Assembly (NCBI GenBank): GCA_050260915.1
Contig: JBLNCT010000114.1
Span: 3,220 to 67,219 of the forward strand
Direction: 5' to 3'
Length of the DNA: 64,000 nt
From: Parcubacteria group bacterium
GTDB taxonomy: Bacteria > Pseudomonadota > Alphaproteobacteria > Caulobacterales > Caulobacteraceae
Below are positions 54,636 through 63,383 of the stretch, piece by piece. The notes under the pieces were generated by a model. The model saw nothing but the letters and a program-made list of their open reading frames with translations, searched no databases and was not told the origin of the DNA. Both the position numbers and the translations under genes were made by a program. How positions within the stretch are numbered: the stretch's first letter is position 1; the number at the start of each line of letters is the position of its first letter.

Positions 54636-55673
54636 TCAGGGCACGCGGTCCCGCCCGGCGCCTTTCTGACGATCCAACATTGCGTTCGCCGAGCGAAGCT
54701 CACGCGCCAGGGCAAGGCGCTGGCTGTCCGGCGCGGGCATTGAGCGGACAAACGCTTCGACTTTGGCACCGAGCGCGCGATCAGCCGCGTGCGCTGATCG
54801 ACCGAGCAGTTGCGCCTGCGCGAGGTAGATACCCCGCACCTTCGCCTGGCGTTCGAGCAGCCGCGTTTCCCATGGCGTCCGCGCAGCACCGCCCTGAAAG
54901 GCCGCCTTGGCGGCGTCTTGGTAGGCTGTACGGCGCACTCTCGCCGTCTCACCCCTGCCGGCCTCGTGCCGATCGCGGATCTTACGCAGCGGTGTGCGCT
55001 CCGCTTTGCGCGTAACACCACGGGCCCGCCGGGGCGTCGCCTCGGCCTCAACGCCGCGATCGCGTAGCGCTTGGGCGAACACCTGCCGCCAACTCTCCAA
55101 GTCGGCCTTCTTTGGATTGAGGCGCTCTCCCTCATTGCCGAGCGCCCTGATGGCCAAGTGGACGTGCGGATGCTGGGCGTCGGTGTGCAGGGCGAACACA
55201 TAGTCGAACCGATCGGCGAAGACCTCGCGGGCGAAGGCGCGGGCCGCGTCGCGCACGGTCGCCGGATCGGTGGCGGCCGGCATGGACAACACGACCGACA
55301 GGCTGATGGGGGTGTTGGTGCGGCGCCGGCTGTCCGCCAGCGCGAGGTCGCTCCAGTCGTCGGCCAGCTCCTTCACGGTCCCTCGCCCGGTGATGGCGTT
55401 CCCGTCGCGGTCCTCCATCTCCAGCTCGCCGTTGCGCGAGATGTAGTCGAGATGGGCGCGCAGATGGCCAGGGTCGCGGGTGCGGCCCGTGACCTTGACC
55501 ATCACCTCGGGCGCCCGGTTTGCGAGGCGCGCGAGCCGTGCGCGGGCGTCGGTCGCCGGCTTGCTCAGCGACAACACTGCCGGCGTCTTCAGGAAGCGCG
55601 GCCACACCGGCGGACGCCAAGCATCCTCGAAGCCGTGGACGGTCTGGAAGTCCGTCATTCTTCCGCCTCCCAA
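54636..55673 (-). CDS. VirD2-like MOB_P relaxase
   Basis: EVMVKVTG, HLDYISR (catalytic Tyr), VVLSMP, FALHTDAQHPHVHL (HUH). Confidence 0.92.
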   Translation of the reverse strand: MGGGRMTDFQTVHGFEDAWRPPVWPRFLKTPAVLSLSKPATDARARLARLANRAPEVMVKVTGRTRDPGHLRAHLDYISRNGELEMEDRDGNAITGRGTVKELADDWSDLALADSRRRTNTPISLSVVLSMPAATDPATVRDAARAFAREVFADRFDYVFALHTDAQHPHVHLAIRALGNEGERLNPKKADLESWRQVFAQALRDRGVEAEATPRRARGVTRKAERTPLRKIRDRHEAGRGETARVRRTAYQDAAKAAFQGGAARTPWETRLLERQAKVRGIYLAQAQLLGRSAHAADRALGAKVEAFVRSMPAPDSQRLALARELRSANAMLDRQKGAGRDRVP

Positions 55674-56179
55674 TAGGCAAGGTTGCCGGCGAAGGCTTCA
55701 TGCAGGGCCTGCATATGCGCGCGGATTTCGGCTCGCACCTCGTCGAGGTAGGCCAGTTCCAGATCGAGCACCCGTCCCTCCATGACCGCCGTGTTCAGAG
55801 CGCGGGCGATCTGGTTGATGTTGACGCCTATGCGCCGCAGCTCGGCCTGGACGTCGATCAACGACAGCTCGTCCGGGCGGCTGAACGTGGGGCGCGCGTG
55901 CAGGCGCCGCCGGACGAGGGCGGCGGCCCAGGCGTTGCGTGTCAGGCCCCTCGCGGTCGCAGCTGCGTCGAGGCCCCGACCATCCGCCACTGACAATCGC
56001 ACCGTCAGCTTCACCGGCCTGGCGGCACGTCGGCTCGGCATGGGAGCGGCTGTGGCGCCGGCGCGGGAGGCGCGGTCGATGAGCCGGCGCAGCGCGGCGG
56101 AACGGCCGCCACGCTCGGCGGCCCAGCCATCGAATCGGGCCACCATCTCGTCGGAAACGCGCACGTTGATGATCGCCAT
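55655..56179 (-). CDS. mobC: Relaxosome accessory protein MobC
   Basis: RHH-like N-terminus INVRVSD; ELRRIGVNINQIARALN motif. Confidence 0.9.
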   Translation of the reverse strand: MAIINVRVSDEMVARFDGWAAERGGRSAALRRLIDRASRAGATAAPMPSRRAARPVKLTVRLSVADGRGLDAAATARGLTRNAWAAALVRRRLHARPTFSRPDELSLIDVQAELRRIGVNINQIARALNTAVMEGRVLDLELAYLDEVRAEIRAHMQALHEAFAGNLAYWEAEE

Positions 56180-56186
56180 CGGCCGC

Positions 56187-56230
56187 CGTCTGCGTAAGAC
56201 ACCGCCGCCGCCAAGGCTATCCTGCCATAG
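56187..56230 (+). other. Putative oriT with MOB_P nic site TATCCTG|C (56224/56225)
   Basis: ggcTATCCTGccat matches the RP4/T-border YATCCTG|Y consensus; the short inverted repeat gtct-gcgta-agac lies upstream; ~40 nt from the mobC start. Confidence 0.75.
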
Positions 56231-56363
56231 ACCGCGACGACCTCAGACTGGCTCCTCCCCTCGGCGACGGCGAGACGTAAGCCTACGTCCTGCCGTCGCT
56301 CGCCCCCCGCTGCTCCGCGGCGCCCCAGCCGGGCCAGTCTCGACGATGTCGCGGGGACCGCTC

Positions 56364-56975
56364 CTACGGCTTTCTCGGTCGGATAAGCTTTTGCCCTTCA
56401 TTGACCGCGTCCATCACCCCGCCGCCCAGCTTCATGTCCAGCATGAGCATCAGCTCCGTGAGGTCCGCAAACTGGACGAAAGCGCCGCGTCGCCGGTTCG
56501 CCGCCATCTGCTCGGGCGTACTGTGCAGCGCCACGCCCCATCCTTCGGAGAAAGCGCTGCTGGAATTGGCGGCGCGGGACGTCGGCGTCAGCCTGACGAA
56601 CCGAAAGCCCTTCAGCGCAGCCACCCGTCGATTCATCGTGTGGCTAAGGATGCGATCACCAAGGTCTTCGTCAGGGAAGGCCGTGCGATAGGCCCGGCGA
56701 TAGCGGGTGTAGGACACGTCCACCCAGACCTGCAGCGGCTGGTGCAGGATGTGGCAACCTTCGACGTCCCAGATCGGAAGGCGCGGGTCGCGCGGCGGTG
56801 GGGACCTGGCCTCCACCAACAATGCCCTGCGCGCCGTTCCACCGTTCAGAACGCTCTTGATATCGCCGACGTAGGTGGAGATGGCCGTCTCATCGACAGC
56901 GGCGATCGGCACATGGAGGCTCTCCGCCAGCCCATAGCGTGTGATAGCCAGCTCCCGGGCAATTCCGTCGATCAT
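56364..56975 (-). CDS. Hypothetical protein (203 aa), first gene of the leading region
   Basis: Long ORF with globular composition between oriT and ardC; no family recognised. Confidence 0.65.
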   Translation of the reverse strand: MIDGIARELAITRYGLAESLHVPIAAVDETAISTYVGDIKSVLNGGTARRALLVEARSPPPRDPRLPIWDVEGCHILHQPLQVWVDVSYTRYRRAYRTAFPDEDLGDRILSHTMNRRVAALKGFRFVRLTPTSRAANSSSAFSEGWGVALHSTPEQMAANRRRGAFVQFADLTELMLMLDMKLGGGVMDAVNEGQKLIRPRKP

Positions 56976-57004
56976 GGGCTCAAGCTATCATGAAGCTGCG
57001 CCGT

Positions 57005-57913
57005 TCAGACTGGCGCCGGCTGCAAGCTGTGCATGTAGTCGGCGGCGCGCTGGGCATGGGCGGCGGCGGTGAAGATGAAGCGTCGGTCGCCCTTCAGGAC
57101 GGCTAGCCAGCTGGCAATGTAGCCGGCGTGATCTTCGCGCGGGGTCAGTTCGAGCCCCAGGTCGGCACACAGGAACGCAGCGCCCAGCTCGGCCACCAGC
57201 TCTTCGCGGGCATAGCCTTCGTCGCCCCAGCGCTGACGGCCAAAGTCCCGGTCGAGGCGGCTCGGATGGCGCGTCCAGTGAGTTAGCTCATGGGTCACGG
57301 TGGCGTAGTAGGCCTGCGGGTCGATGAAACTCTCGAACGGCGGCAACTGCACCCGGTCTTCGGAGATGGCGTAGTAGGCCTGCGACCCGCCGTGCCGGAC
57401 ATCAGCCCCGGTCGCGGCCACGACGGCCTCGGCATGAGCCACACGTGCGGCCGGATCGAGCAGCGTCTGGGCGGGAGCAGAGAAGCTGCCAGGCAGGCCG
57501 TCAATCTGCTCGACGTTGAAGACCGCGTAGGCCTTCAAGAACGGGATCTCGTGCTCGACGTCCTGACCATTGTCGTCCTGCTCCGTGCGCTTGATGCGGT
57601 TGGCGTAGACGACGGTGGAGCCGGTCTCGCCCTTGCGGACATGGCCGCCAAGTTCAAGCGCCTGGCGGAAGGTCATCCAGATCGGAGCGCTGTAGCCATG
57701 CGCGCTGGCCTCCATCCACAGCAGGAAGACGTTGATGCCGCTGTAGGGCTGCGAGTTGTGACGCAGCGGTCGAGTGATGCAGCCGGCGAGGTGGTCGGCG
57801 GACCAGGGCTTGGTCCAGGGACGCACGCCGCATTCGAGGTCGGCGATGATCTTGGCCGTGATGCGGTCGTAGAGGTCCGGGCGCGGCTGGGGCGCCGCTT
57901 GGTGGCGGGTCAT
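57005..57913 (-). CDS. ardC: ArdC antirestriction / ssDNA-binding protein with zincin-like domain
   Basis: DLYDRIT.KII..LE.GVRPW.KPW, YSGINV..LW, WMTFRQA, HELTHWT (HExxH), YAREELVAE. Confidence 0.92.
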   Translation of the reverse strand: MTRHQAAPQPRPDLYDRITAKIIADLECGVRPWTKPWSADHLAGCITRPLRHNSQPYSGINVFLLWMEASAHGYSAPIWMTFRQALELGGHVRKGETGSTVVYANRIKRTEQDDNGQDVEHEIPFLKAYAVFNVEQIDGLPGSFSAPAQTLLDPAARVAHAEAVVAATGADVRHGGSQAYYAISEDRVQLPPFESFIDPQAYYATVTHELTHWTRHPSRLDRDFGRQRWGDEGYAREELVAELGAAFLCADLGLELTPREDHAGYIASWLAVLKGDRRFIFTAAAHAQRAADYMHSLQPAPV

Positions 57914-57984
57914 GGCGGAAGCTCCGCGAATGTGAGGGTGAGAAGGGCGCGCCCCGCCGCGTGGGCGGGGCGCTGGCTCGGCGC

Positions 57985-58296
57985 CTAGTTGGCGCTGCGG
58001 CTGCGGGACCAGATCAGGGCGTAGCCGTCTTCGGCTTCGACCATCGAGGCGTAGATCGCGCCGGGGAAGCTGGGGTCGTCGAGCTTGACCGCGAGGTAGT
58101 CACGGTTCTCCCGAGAGACCTTCTTCCAGGCCGCGCCGAACTCGGTGGCGCCGGAGAAGATGCGGAAGTCGGGGGCCTTGTCGTCCGACTTGTCGTTGCG
58201 CTTGAGGACGGCCTTCTTGACGTTGAGGGTGAGGGTCTTGATCGCGCCCGTGTAGGAGCCGTCCGCGTCCTGATGGAAGGTGCCGATGGTCGCCAT
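57985..58296 (-). CDS. DUF736 family protein
   Basis: [35 protein letters not shown]; start ATG 58296. Confidence 0.92.
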   Translation of the reverse strand: MATIGTFHQDADGSYTGAIKTLTLNVKKAVLKRNDKSDDKAPDFRIFSGATEFGAAWKKVSRENRDYLAVKLDDPSFPGAIYASMVEAEDGYALIWSRSRSAN

Positions 58297-58416
58297 GTTG
58301 AAGTCTCCTGTCGTCTGCCGGGCCGCGCCCATCGCGGCCTCGAATGGCGATCGACAGGCCGGGGGGCGGGCGACCCCGCAGCCGTCAGGCCCGCAGCGAA
58401 GCGGAGGACGGTGGGT

Positions 58417-58469
58417 GGCGACTTTCTTGTCTCGCGAGGAAGGCCTTTAGGCCGGGGAAGAAAGTCGCC
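58417..58469. repeat. Nested inverted repeat upstream of DUF736/ardC
   Basis: ggcgactttctt (58417-58428) / aagaaagtcgcc (58458-58469) with an inner ggcct-tt-aggcc hairpin. Confidence 0.7.
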
Positions 58470-58679
58470 GCCCGCCGTTGCGGGAGGCGAACGGGGCCTT
58501 CAGGCCCGCACCCTTCGGCCAGATCAGGCCAGGAGAGGCCGCATGGGTCGGCTTGGGCGATAGGTGGCTGGCGGCAGTTCGGCTGATGACAGGGACGCGG
58601 GTTCCACGGCGCGCGAGATCAGCCCTCATCCACAGGAGCCGCCATCCAGCCGCCGAAACGGACTCCCAAAGCGTCCAAT

Positions 58680-58694
58680 GTTCTGCGTATGTTC
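58680..58694 (+). promoter_or_regulatory. Alphaproteobacterial LexA (SOS) box
   Basis: GTTC-tgcgtat-GTTC = GTTC-N7-GTTC, 19 nt upstream of a GTG start with RBS ggaggt. Confidence 0.65.
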
Positions 58695-58712
58695 TGGACC
58701 GGAGGTCGAGCC

Positions 58713-59078
58713 GTGGGCACAGTATTCATCGACGGGACACCGTTCTTTGCGGTCTATCACCACGATGGCCGCATGATCCGGGCGGCGGGTCTGTTCGCCT
58801 TCGCACGGCGGGAGCCGGACGGGCGCCACACGGTGCTGCATCTGGAGCTGACCGACGCCATCAGCCGCCGGGCAGAGCAAAGCCATCCGCGTTGGGGCTG
58901 GGCGCTCAGCCAGGGCATGAACGAAGTTCTGGTCCACCTTGCCGGCGCGGCTGCCGATCTCGTCGACGCCGACGCCCCCCACCTCCAAGCCCTGTGGCAT
59001 GAAGAGGCGACGGTCTGCATGGGGGAAACAACGCCGGCCGAAGACGAGGCTGCGTACGTCCGGAGGCGCGCCTACTAG
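58713..59078 (+). CDS. Hypothetical protein (121 aa), probably SOS-regulated
   Basis: Start moved to GTG 58713 because of the RBS at 58701-58706; the ORF-track ATG lies inside the LexA box. Confidence 0.65.
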   Translation: MGTVFIDGTPFFAVYHHDGRMIRAAGLFAFARREPDGRHTVLHLELTDAISRRAEQSHPRWGWALSQGMNEVLVHLAGAAADLVDADAPHLQALWHEEATVCMGETTPAEDEAAYVRRRAY

Positions 59079-59668
59079 GCGCTGGCGCGACGTTTGCGAT
59101 CGATGTCGGCCCAGTGCCGCCGCACTCTAGCCGCGACCTCTGGCCCGACGGCCACTTCCACTTCGCCGAGGTTAGCGAGTCTCGGCGGCGGCAGCGCCTC
59201 GCCGTCGCCCAGCCGGGCATGAATGGCGTCCTCGAAGGCCGTGCGAGCCAGCTCGTGACGGTCGTCTGCACCATCCCCACCCACGAGCACCTCCGGATAG
59301 TCAGCGGCGGTGATCATGAAGGTGTCGCCGCTCCATACCAACGTGGCGGGGAAAGTGACGGGATTGGTGTCGAAAGCCGGTCGCGGTCCCCACTCCAGCC
59401 CTTGTAGACCGTCGGCCTCCATTTGATCAGCGAGGTTGCGCAGCAGCGCCGCGGCAGCGGCAACCCGTTCCGCCGAGTAGTCCCAGGCTATGGCATGCGC
59501 CGCCCCGGCGATGACGCCCTCGGCAATGTCTTGGGTGATTTCGCTCTTTCGGCGGGGCGCCTGATGCTCAGCCGTGCCTTTCAGCTCGAAAATGAGCTGT
59601 CGGACGCGGCCAAAGGCTTCCGACTTCAGTCGCGCTCCTCGCCAGAAATCCGCAGGGTCGATGATCAT
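59075..59668 (-). CDS. Hypothetical protein with C-terminal HicB-antitoxin-like domain
   Basis: FPATL..GDTFMIT..DYPEVL..G......ELARTAFEDAI..RLGDGEALPPP resembles the HicB N-terminal partial RNase H fold. Confidence 0.55.
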   Translation of the reverse strand: MIIDPADFWRGARLKSEAFGRVRQLIFELKGTAEHQAPRRKSEITQDIAEGVIAGAAHAIAWDYSAERVAAAAALLRNLADQMEADGLQGLEWGPRPAFDTNPVTFPATLVWSGDTFMITAADYPEVLVGGDGADDRHELARTAFEDAIHARLGDGEALPPPRLANLGEVEVAVGPEVAARVRRHWADIDRKRRASA

Positions 59669-59700
59669 CGCATCATGCGCTGTGCGGTTTGGCGCCGGGT

Positions 59701-60141
59701 TTACGCGGCCGCGAGCAGCATCTGGCGCTCATGGGCCAGCCACTGGTCCACCGACTCCCAACTCGCGCCGTCGATTTCCGTCACGCGGCCGTCCGGTGTC
59801 AGGATGGCGTGGTCCTCGTCCGTACCGTCATTCGCGCCGTCAATCGTAATTGGGTAGAGGCGACCGTTCCCCGCGCTTCCCCAAGCGATCACGAGCATCC
59901 TCCAATAACCGCCTGGCGACTCCTCATCGGCGCGGAGAATGTAGGTGTCAGGCTGTGCCGCGAACGCCGTAACGGGACGTTTGAGGAATGAGTCCACTTC
60001 GTGTGTGTAGCACTCGACCTCACCGAGCCCGTCGATCTCTACGTCGGTGATGCCGCAGCTACGCCGCGTCACCGGCTCGCCGATGCTGCGGATACGGCCG
60101 GCGGGATACAGTTTTCCGCTACAAGCTTTGATGAAGTTCAT
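59701..60141 (-). CDS. Hypothetical protein (146 aa)
   Basis: Start ATG 60141 inferred; globular composition; no family recognised. Confidence 0.55.
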   Translation of the reverse strand: MNFIKACSGKLYPAGRIRSIGEPVTRRSCGITDVEIDGLGEVECYTHEVDSFLKRPVTAFAAQPDTYILRADEESPGGYWRMLVIAWGSAGNGRLYPITIDGANDGTDEDHAILTPDGRVTEIDGASWESVDQWLAHERQMLLAAA

Positions 60142-60308
60142 GGTCGCCTCGCTGGACCGAGTATCGTTCAGCGAGTCGGCGCGATTGCGAAGAGGGCTTG
60201 CGCCGGATCGGCAGTGGCCGGCAGCCCGAAGAAGGCCGCGCGCCCGAAGGCGCGCGGCCCATAATCCGCAAGGCGACCGGAGCCGTCTCAGCGACCCCGG
60301 CCCTTCCA

Positions 60309-62333
60309 CTACTCGGCGGCGAAGGATTGTTCCGCCGCCGCCTCTTTCGGCGTGGCGTCCCCCGCCGCGTCACCGTCCCCGTCCGGATCTTCCGGCTCGC
60401 TCAAGTCGCGTGGCGCGGTGCGCAGCAGCGGCGGCAGCCATCCGGTGGGCTTTAGAAGCTGCTCGGCGGCCTCGGCCATCTCGGCCTTCTTGAGGCCGTC
60501 CAGCCGTTCGGCGGCTTCCGGGCTGACGCCCTCCCGCACGGCCTCAGCGATCCGCGCCTTGGTGACGCGATCAAGGTAGGCATCCCGCGTCGGCGCCCAC
60601 GTCGTGGTCATGTCGAGGCTGACGGCGCTGGCCAGCACATCGGCATGACCCCACACGGCGGGCTTTCGCTCCCACGGCATACGCAGCGCGTTGACCGTCA
60701 GCGAAGCGCAGTGGGCGAGCAAGTCCAGCAGTTCGCCGCCGCCAAGGGCGTTGAGATACGCCCAAAGCTCCCCGGCCCCATCCGGTAGGCGCTTGGCCCA
60801 ATCGGCGTGGCGCTCGCTGACCGCCCGGCCCGCCAGGCTGTCGTCCAGACCGAAGGCGTGGACGCCCAACCCGGCGCTGACCGTCTTGACCTCAAGGCAG
60901 GTCGGCTGCGCCGACAGCGGATAGAAGGCGCGCAGCGCGAAGGCATGAATCACCGCGACCAGCGCCACCTCGGGCTGACGGCCCAGCGCTTCGCGCAGGC
61001 CCGCCGTCCTGTAGGCGGTCAGGTCGAGGACCAACCGGTCGGAGAGCGGCGTCAGACCGTCCGGCTCCTCCTCGTCCGTCGCCTCGCCCTCGTCCGACAC
61101 AACACCTTCGCCGTCCGCGATGACTTCGCCGGACTCGGCCTCGGGCTCCGGCGCGGCCCGTTCGTCCTCAGGCCGGATGAAGCCACGCTCGATGCAGGCC
61201 TCGCCGTCGTGGCCGAGATAGACGTAGGCGCCGCCGCGCGACACGTCGTCGGGATCGTAGGCCTCGGCGTCACCGAAGGCGTCGAGGACCGCGTCGATCT
61301 CCTTCAAGCGGGTGTCGATCTCGGGCGGCAGGTCTTCGACCTCGGCCCACTGCTCGACCAAGCCGTCATACTCCTCGGTGAGAGCGCCGATCTGCGCCGT
61401 CTCCTCGGGGGAGCGCTCGACCCGGCGGGCATAGACCCGCCGCAGGGCGTGGCTGTGCGGGAAGTCGGTGTGGACCTCCACCCACTTCCAGCCTTCGGCG
61501 CGCACCTGCTCACCCAAGTCTTCCAGCTTCTCGGCCACCATGCGGTCGAGAAGCGCCACATCCTCGAACCAGCCGCCGTAGTCCTCCACGAACAGGTCGC
61601 GCAGGATGGCGCCGCCTGCCGCGTCGTAGGCCTCAAAGCCGATGAACCGCGCGCGGCGGTCGTCGGCATGGACTTTGGCCTCGGTCATGGCCCGGCGGAT
61701 GACGTGGGCGCCTCGCTGGAAGGGACTCAGCGTCTCGAACACCTGCTCCTGCCGGGCATGGTCGTCGGTGACGCCGAAGGCCATCAGCTGGTCGAGGGTC
61801 AGTTCATCCTGACGGTAGAGGCCGATCAGCTTGGGGCTGACCGCGCCCAACCGCATCCGCTGGCGCACCACATGCGGGGTGACGCCGAACCGGGCGGCGA
61901 TCTCCTCGGCGCCCCAACCCTTCTCGTCGGCCAGCGTCTTGAAGGCCTCGAACTGGTCGGCGGGATGGAGGTCGGTGCGGTTGATGTTCTCGTCGAGGCT
62001 GATTTCGCTGGGATCGTTGACGGTGTCGATCACGCAGCGCACCGGCTCGGTCTTGCGGATTTCCTTGCGCTTGGCGCGCAAGCAGAGCGCCAGCCTGCGG
62101 CTCTCCCCGGCGGTGACGAGGTAGTAGCCGGTCGGCTGGCCCTCCTCGCCGAACTCCGGCTCCACCACCGGCGGCTGGATCATGCCCTTGGCGCCGATGC
62201 TGGCGGCGCGGGCCTCCACGTCCGCGTCGGTGTGCGCGACCTTGCGGACGTTCTTGGACGACTTCTTGAGGCGGTTGAGGGGAATGTCGACAACGGCGCC
62301 GTGGGTCGTGACGATCTCAAACTTGGCAGTCAT
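60309..62333 (-). CDS. parB: ParB/RepB/Spo0J-family protein of ICE/plasmid leading regions
   Basis: IPLNRLKKS.KNVRK, GMIQPPVV, AGESRR.AL, SLDENINRTDLHPADQFEAF, HTH; long C-terminal region. Confidence 0.9.
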   Translation of the reverse strand: MTAKFEIVTTHGAVVDIPLNRLKKSSKNVRKVAHTDADVEARAASIGAKGMIQPPVVEPEFGEEGQPTGYYLVTAGESRRLALCLRAKRKEIRKTEPVRCVIDTVNDPSEISLDENINRTDLHPADQFEAFKTLADEKGWGAEEIAARFGVTPHVVRQRMRLGAVSPKLIGLYRQDELTLDQLMAFGVTDDHARQEQVFETLSPFQRGAHVIRRAMTEAKVHADDRRARFIGFEAYDAAGGAILRDLFVEDYGGWFEDVALLDRMVAEKLEDLGEQVRAEGWKWVEVHTDFPHSHALRRVYARRVERSPEETAQIGALTEEYDGLVEQWAEVEDLPPEIDTRLKEIDAVLDAFGDAEAYDPDDVSRGGAYVYLGHDGEACIERGFIRPEDERAAPEPEAESGEVIADGEGVVSDEGEATDEEEPDGLTPLSDRLVLDLTAYRTAGLREALGRQPEVALVAVIHAFALRAFYPLSAQPTCLEVKTVSAGLGVHAFGLDDSLAGRAVSERHADWAKRLPDGAGELWAYLNALGGGELLDLLAHCASLTVNALRMPWERKPAVWGHADVLASAVSLDMTTTWAPTRDAYLDRVTKARIAEAVREGVSPEAAERLDGLKKAEMAEAAEQLLKPTGWLPPLLRTAPRDLSEPEDPDGDGDAAGDATPKEAAAEQSFAAE

Positions 62334-62737
62334 GGTCTGGCTCCTTCGGGTCAGGTTGCAGGCGCAAGGCGCGCCTGCAGCCCTGCCCGTCGGCGAGACC
62401 GGGGGTAGCAGAGGCCAGGGCGAGCGGGCGGAGGGGGATCACCCGGCCTGCACAAGCTGACGATGCTGGAGACGGTGCGCGCCGTGAGCGGCGCGGAAGG
62501 TCGGGGAGACCGTCCGGCTCGGCGGCGCACAAGCGCCGCGCACCCTGGCCGCCGCGAGGGGCGGCGCCCCTTAGCCGCTTGATTGCGACGTCAGGGCGGT
62601 CGCGCGAACTCGCCGCTTCGCCCTGGGTCGCCCCCTTGAGGCCTCCGCATTGCGGCTTGGCCGCGCATGAACGACACTACCAACCCGAATCTTCTGCTGT
62701 GGGGGAGTCGCGCCGGTGGGGGACGCAGACATCGGTC

Positions 62738-63376
62738 ATGCAAGCGTCGCCGAAAATCTACCACATCACCCACGTGGACAATCTCGCGGCCATCGTGGCG
62801 GCGGGGCGCTTGCGGTCAGACGCGGCGATGATCGCCCGCGGCGGCCCGAAGGCCGCCATTGGTATGGGCGCTATCAAGGCGCGCCGCATGAGCCTTCCAG
62901 TGGATTGCCACCCCGGCACCGCCGTCGGCGAGTACGTTCCGTTCTATTTTTGTTCTCGCTCGATCATGCTGTATGTGCTACACATGGCGAACGCTGAGGA
63001 ACTGGAGTATCGCGGCGGACAGGGGCCGATTGTGCACCTCGAAGCGGACTTGCACCAAGTGGTGAAGGCCGCCGACGCGGCCAAGGTCCGCTGGGCGTTT
63101 TCACTGTCCAACGCCGGCGCCCTCTACACGGAATTTCGCAAGGACTTGGCGGCGCTGGGTGAGTTGAACTGGGACGCGATCGCAGCGAGAGACTTCCGTT
63201 CGCAGGAGGTGAAGGAAGGCAAGCAGGCTGAGTTCCTCGTGTACGGGACCTTTCCCTGGAAGATGGTGTCTCGCATCGGCGTCCGGTCGCAGGCAATCCG
63301 GACTCAAGTCGAGGCGCTGCTTCACGGAGCCGAGCATCACCCGCCCGTCGAGCTGAGGCCGGAATGGTATTACTGA
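62738..63376 (+). CDS. darT: DarT ssDNA ADP-ribosyltransferase toxin (DUF4433)
   Basis: IYHITHVDNL, YVPFYF..RS.MLY, SNAG, KQAEFLV (catalytic Glu); start ATG 62738. Confidence 0.93.
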   Translation: MQASPKIYHITHVDNLAAIVAAGRLRSDAAMIARGGPKAAIGMGAIKARRMSLPVDCHPGTAVGEYVPFYFCSRSIMLYVLHMANAEELEYRGGQGPIVHLEADLHQVVKAADAAKVRWAFSLSNAGALYTEFRKDLAALGELNWDAIAARDFRSQEVKEGKQAEFLVYGTFPWKMVSRIGVRSQAIRTQVEALLHGAEHHPPVELRPEWYY

Positions 63377-63383
63377 GGGCGCC

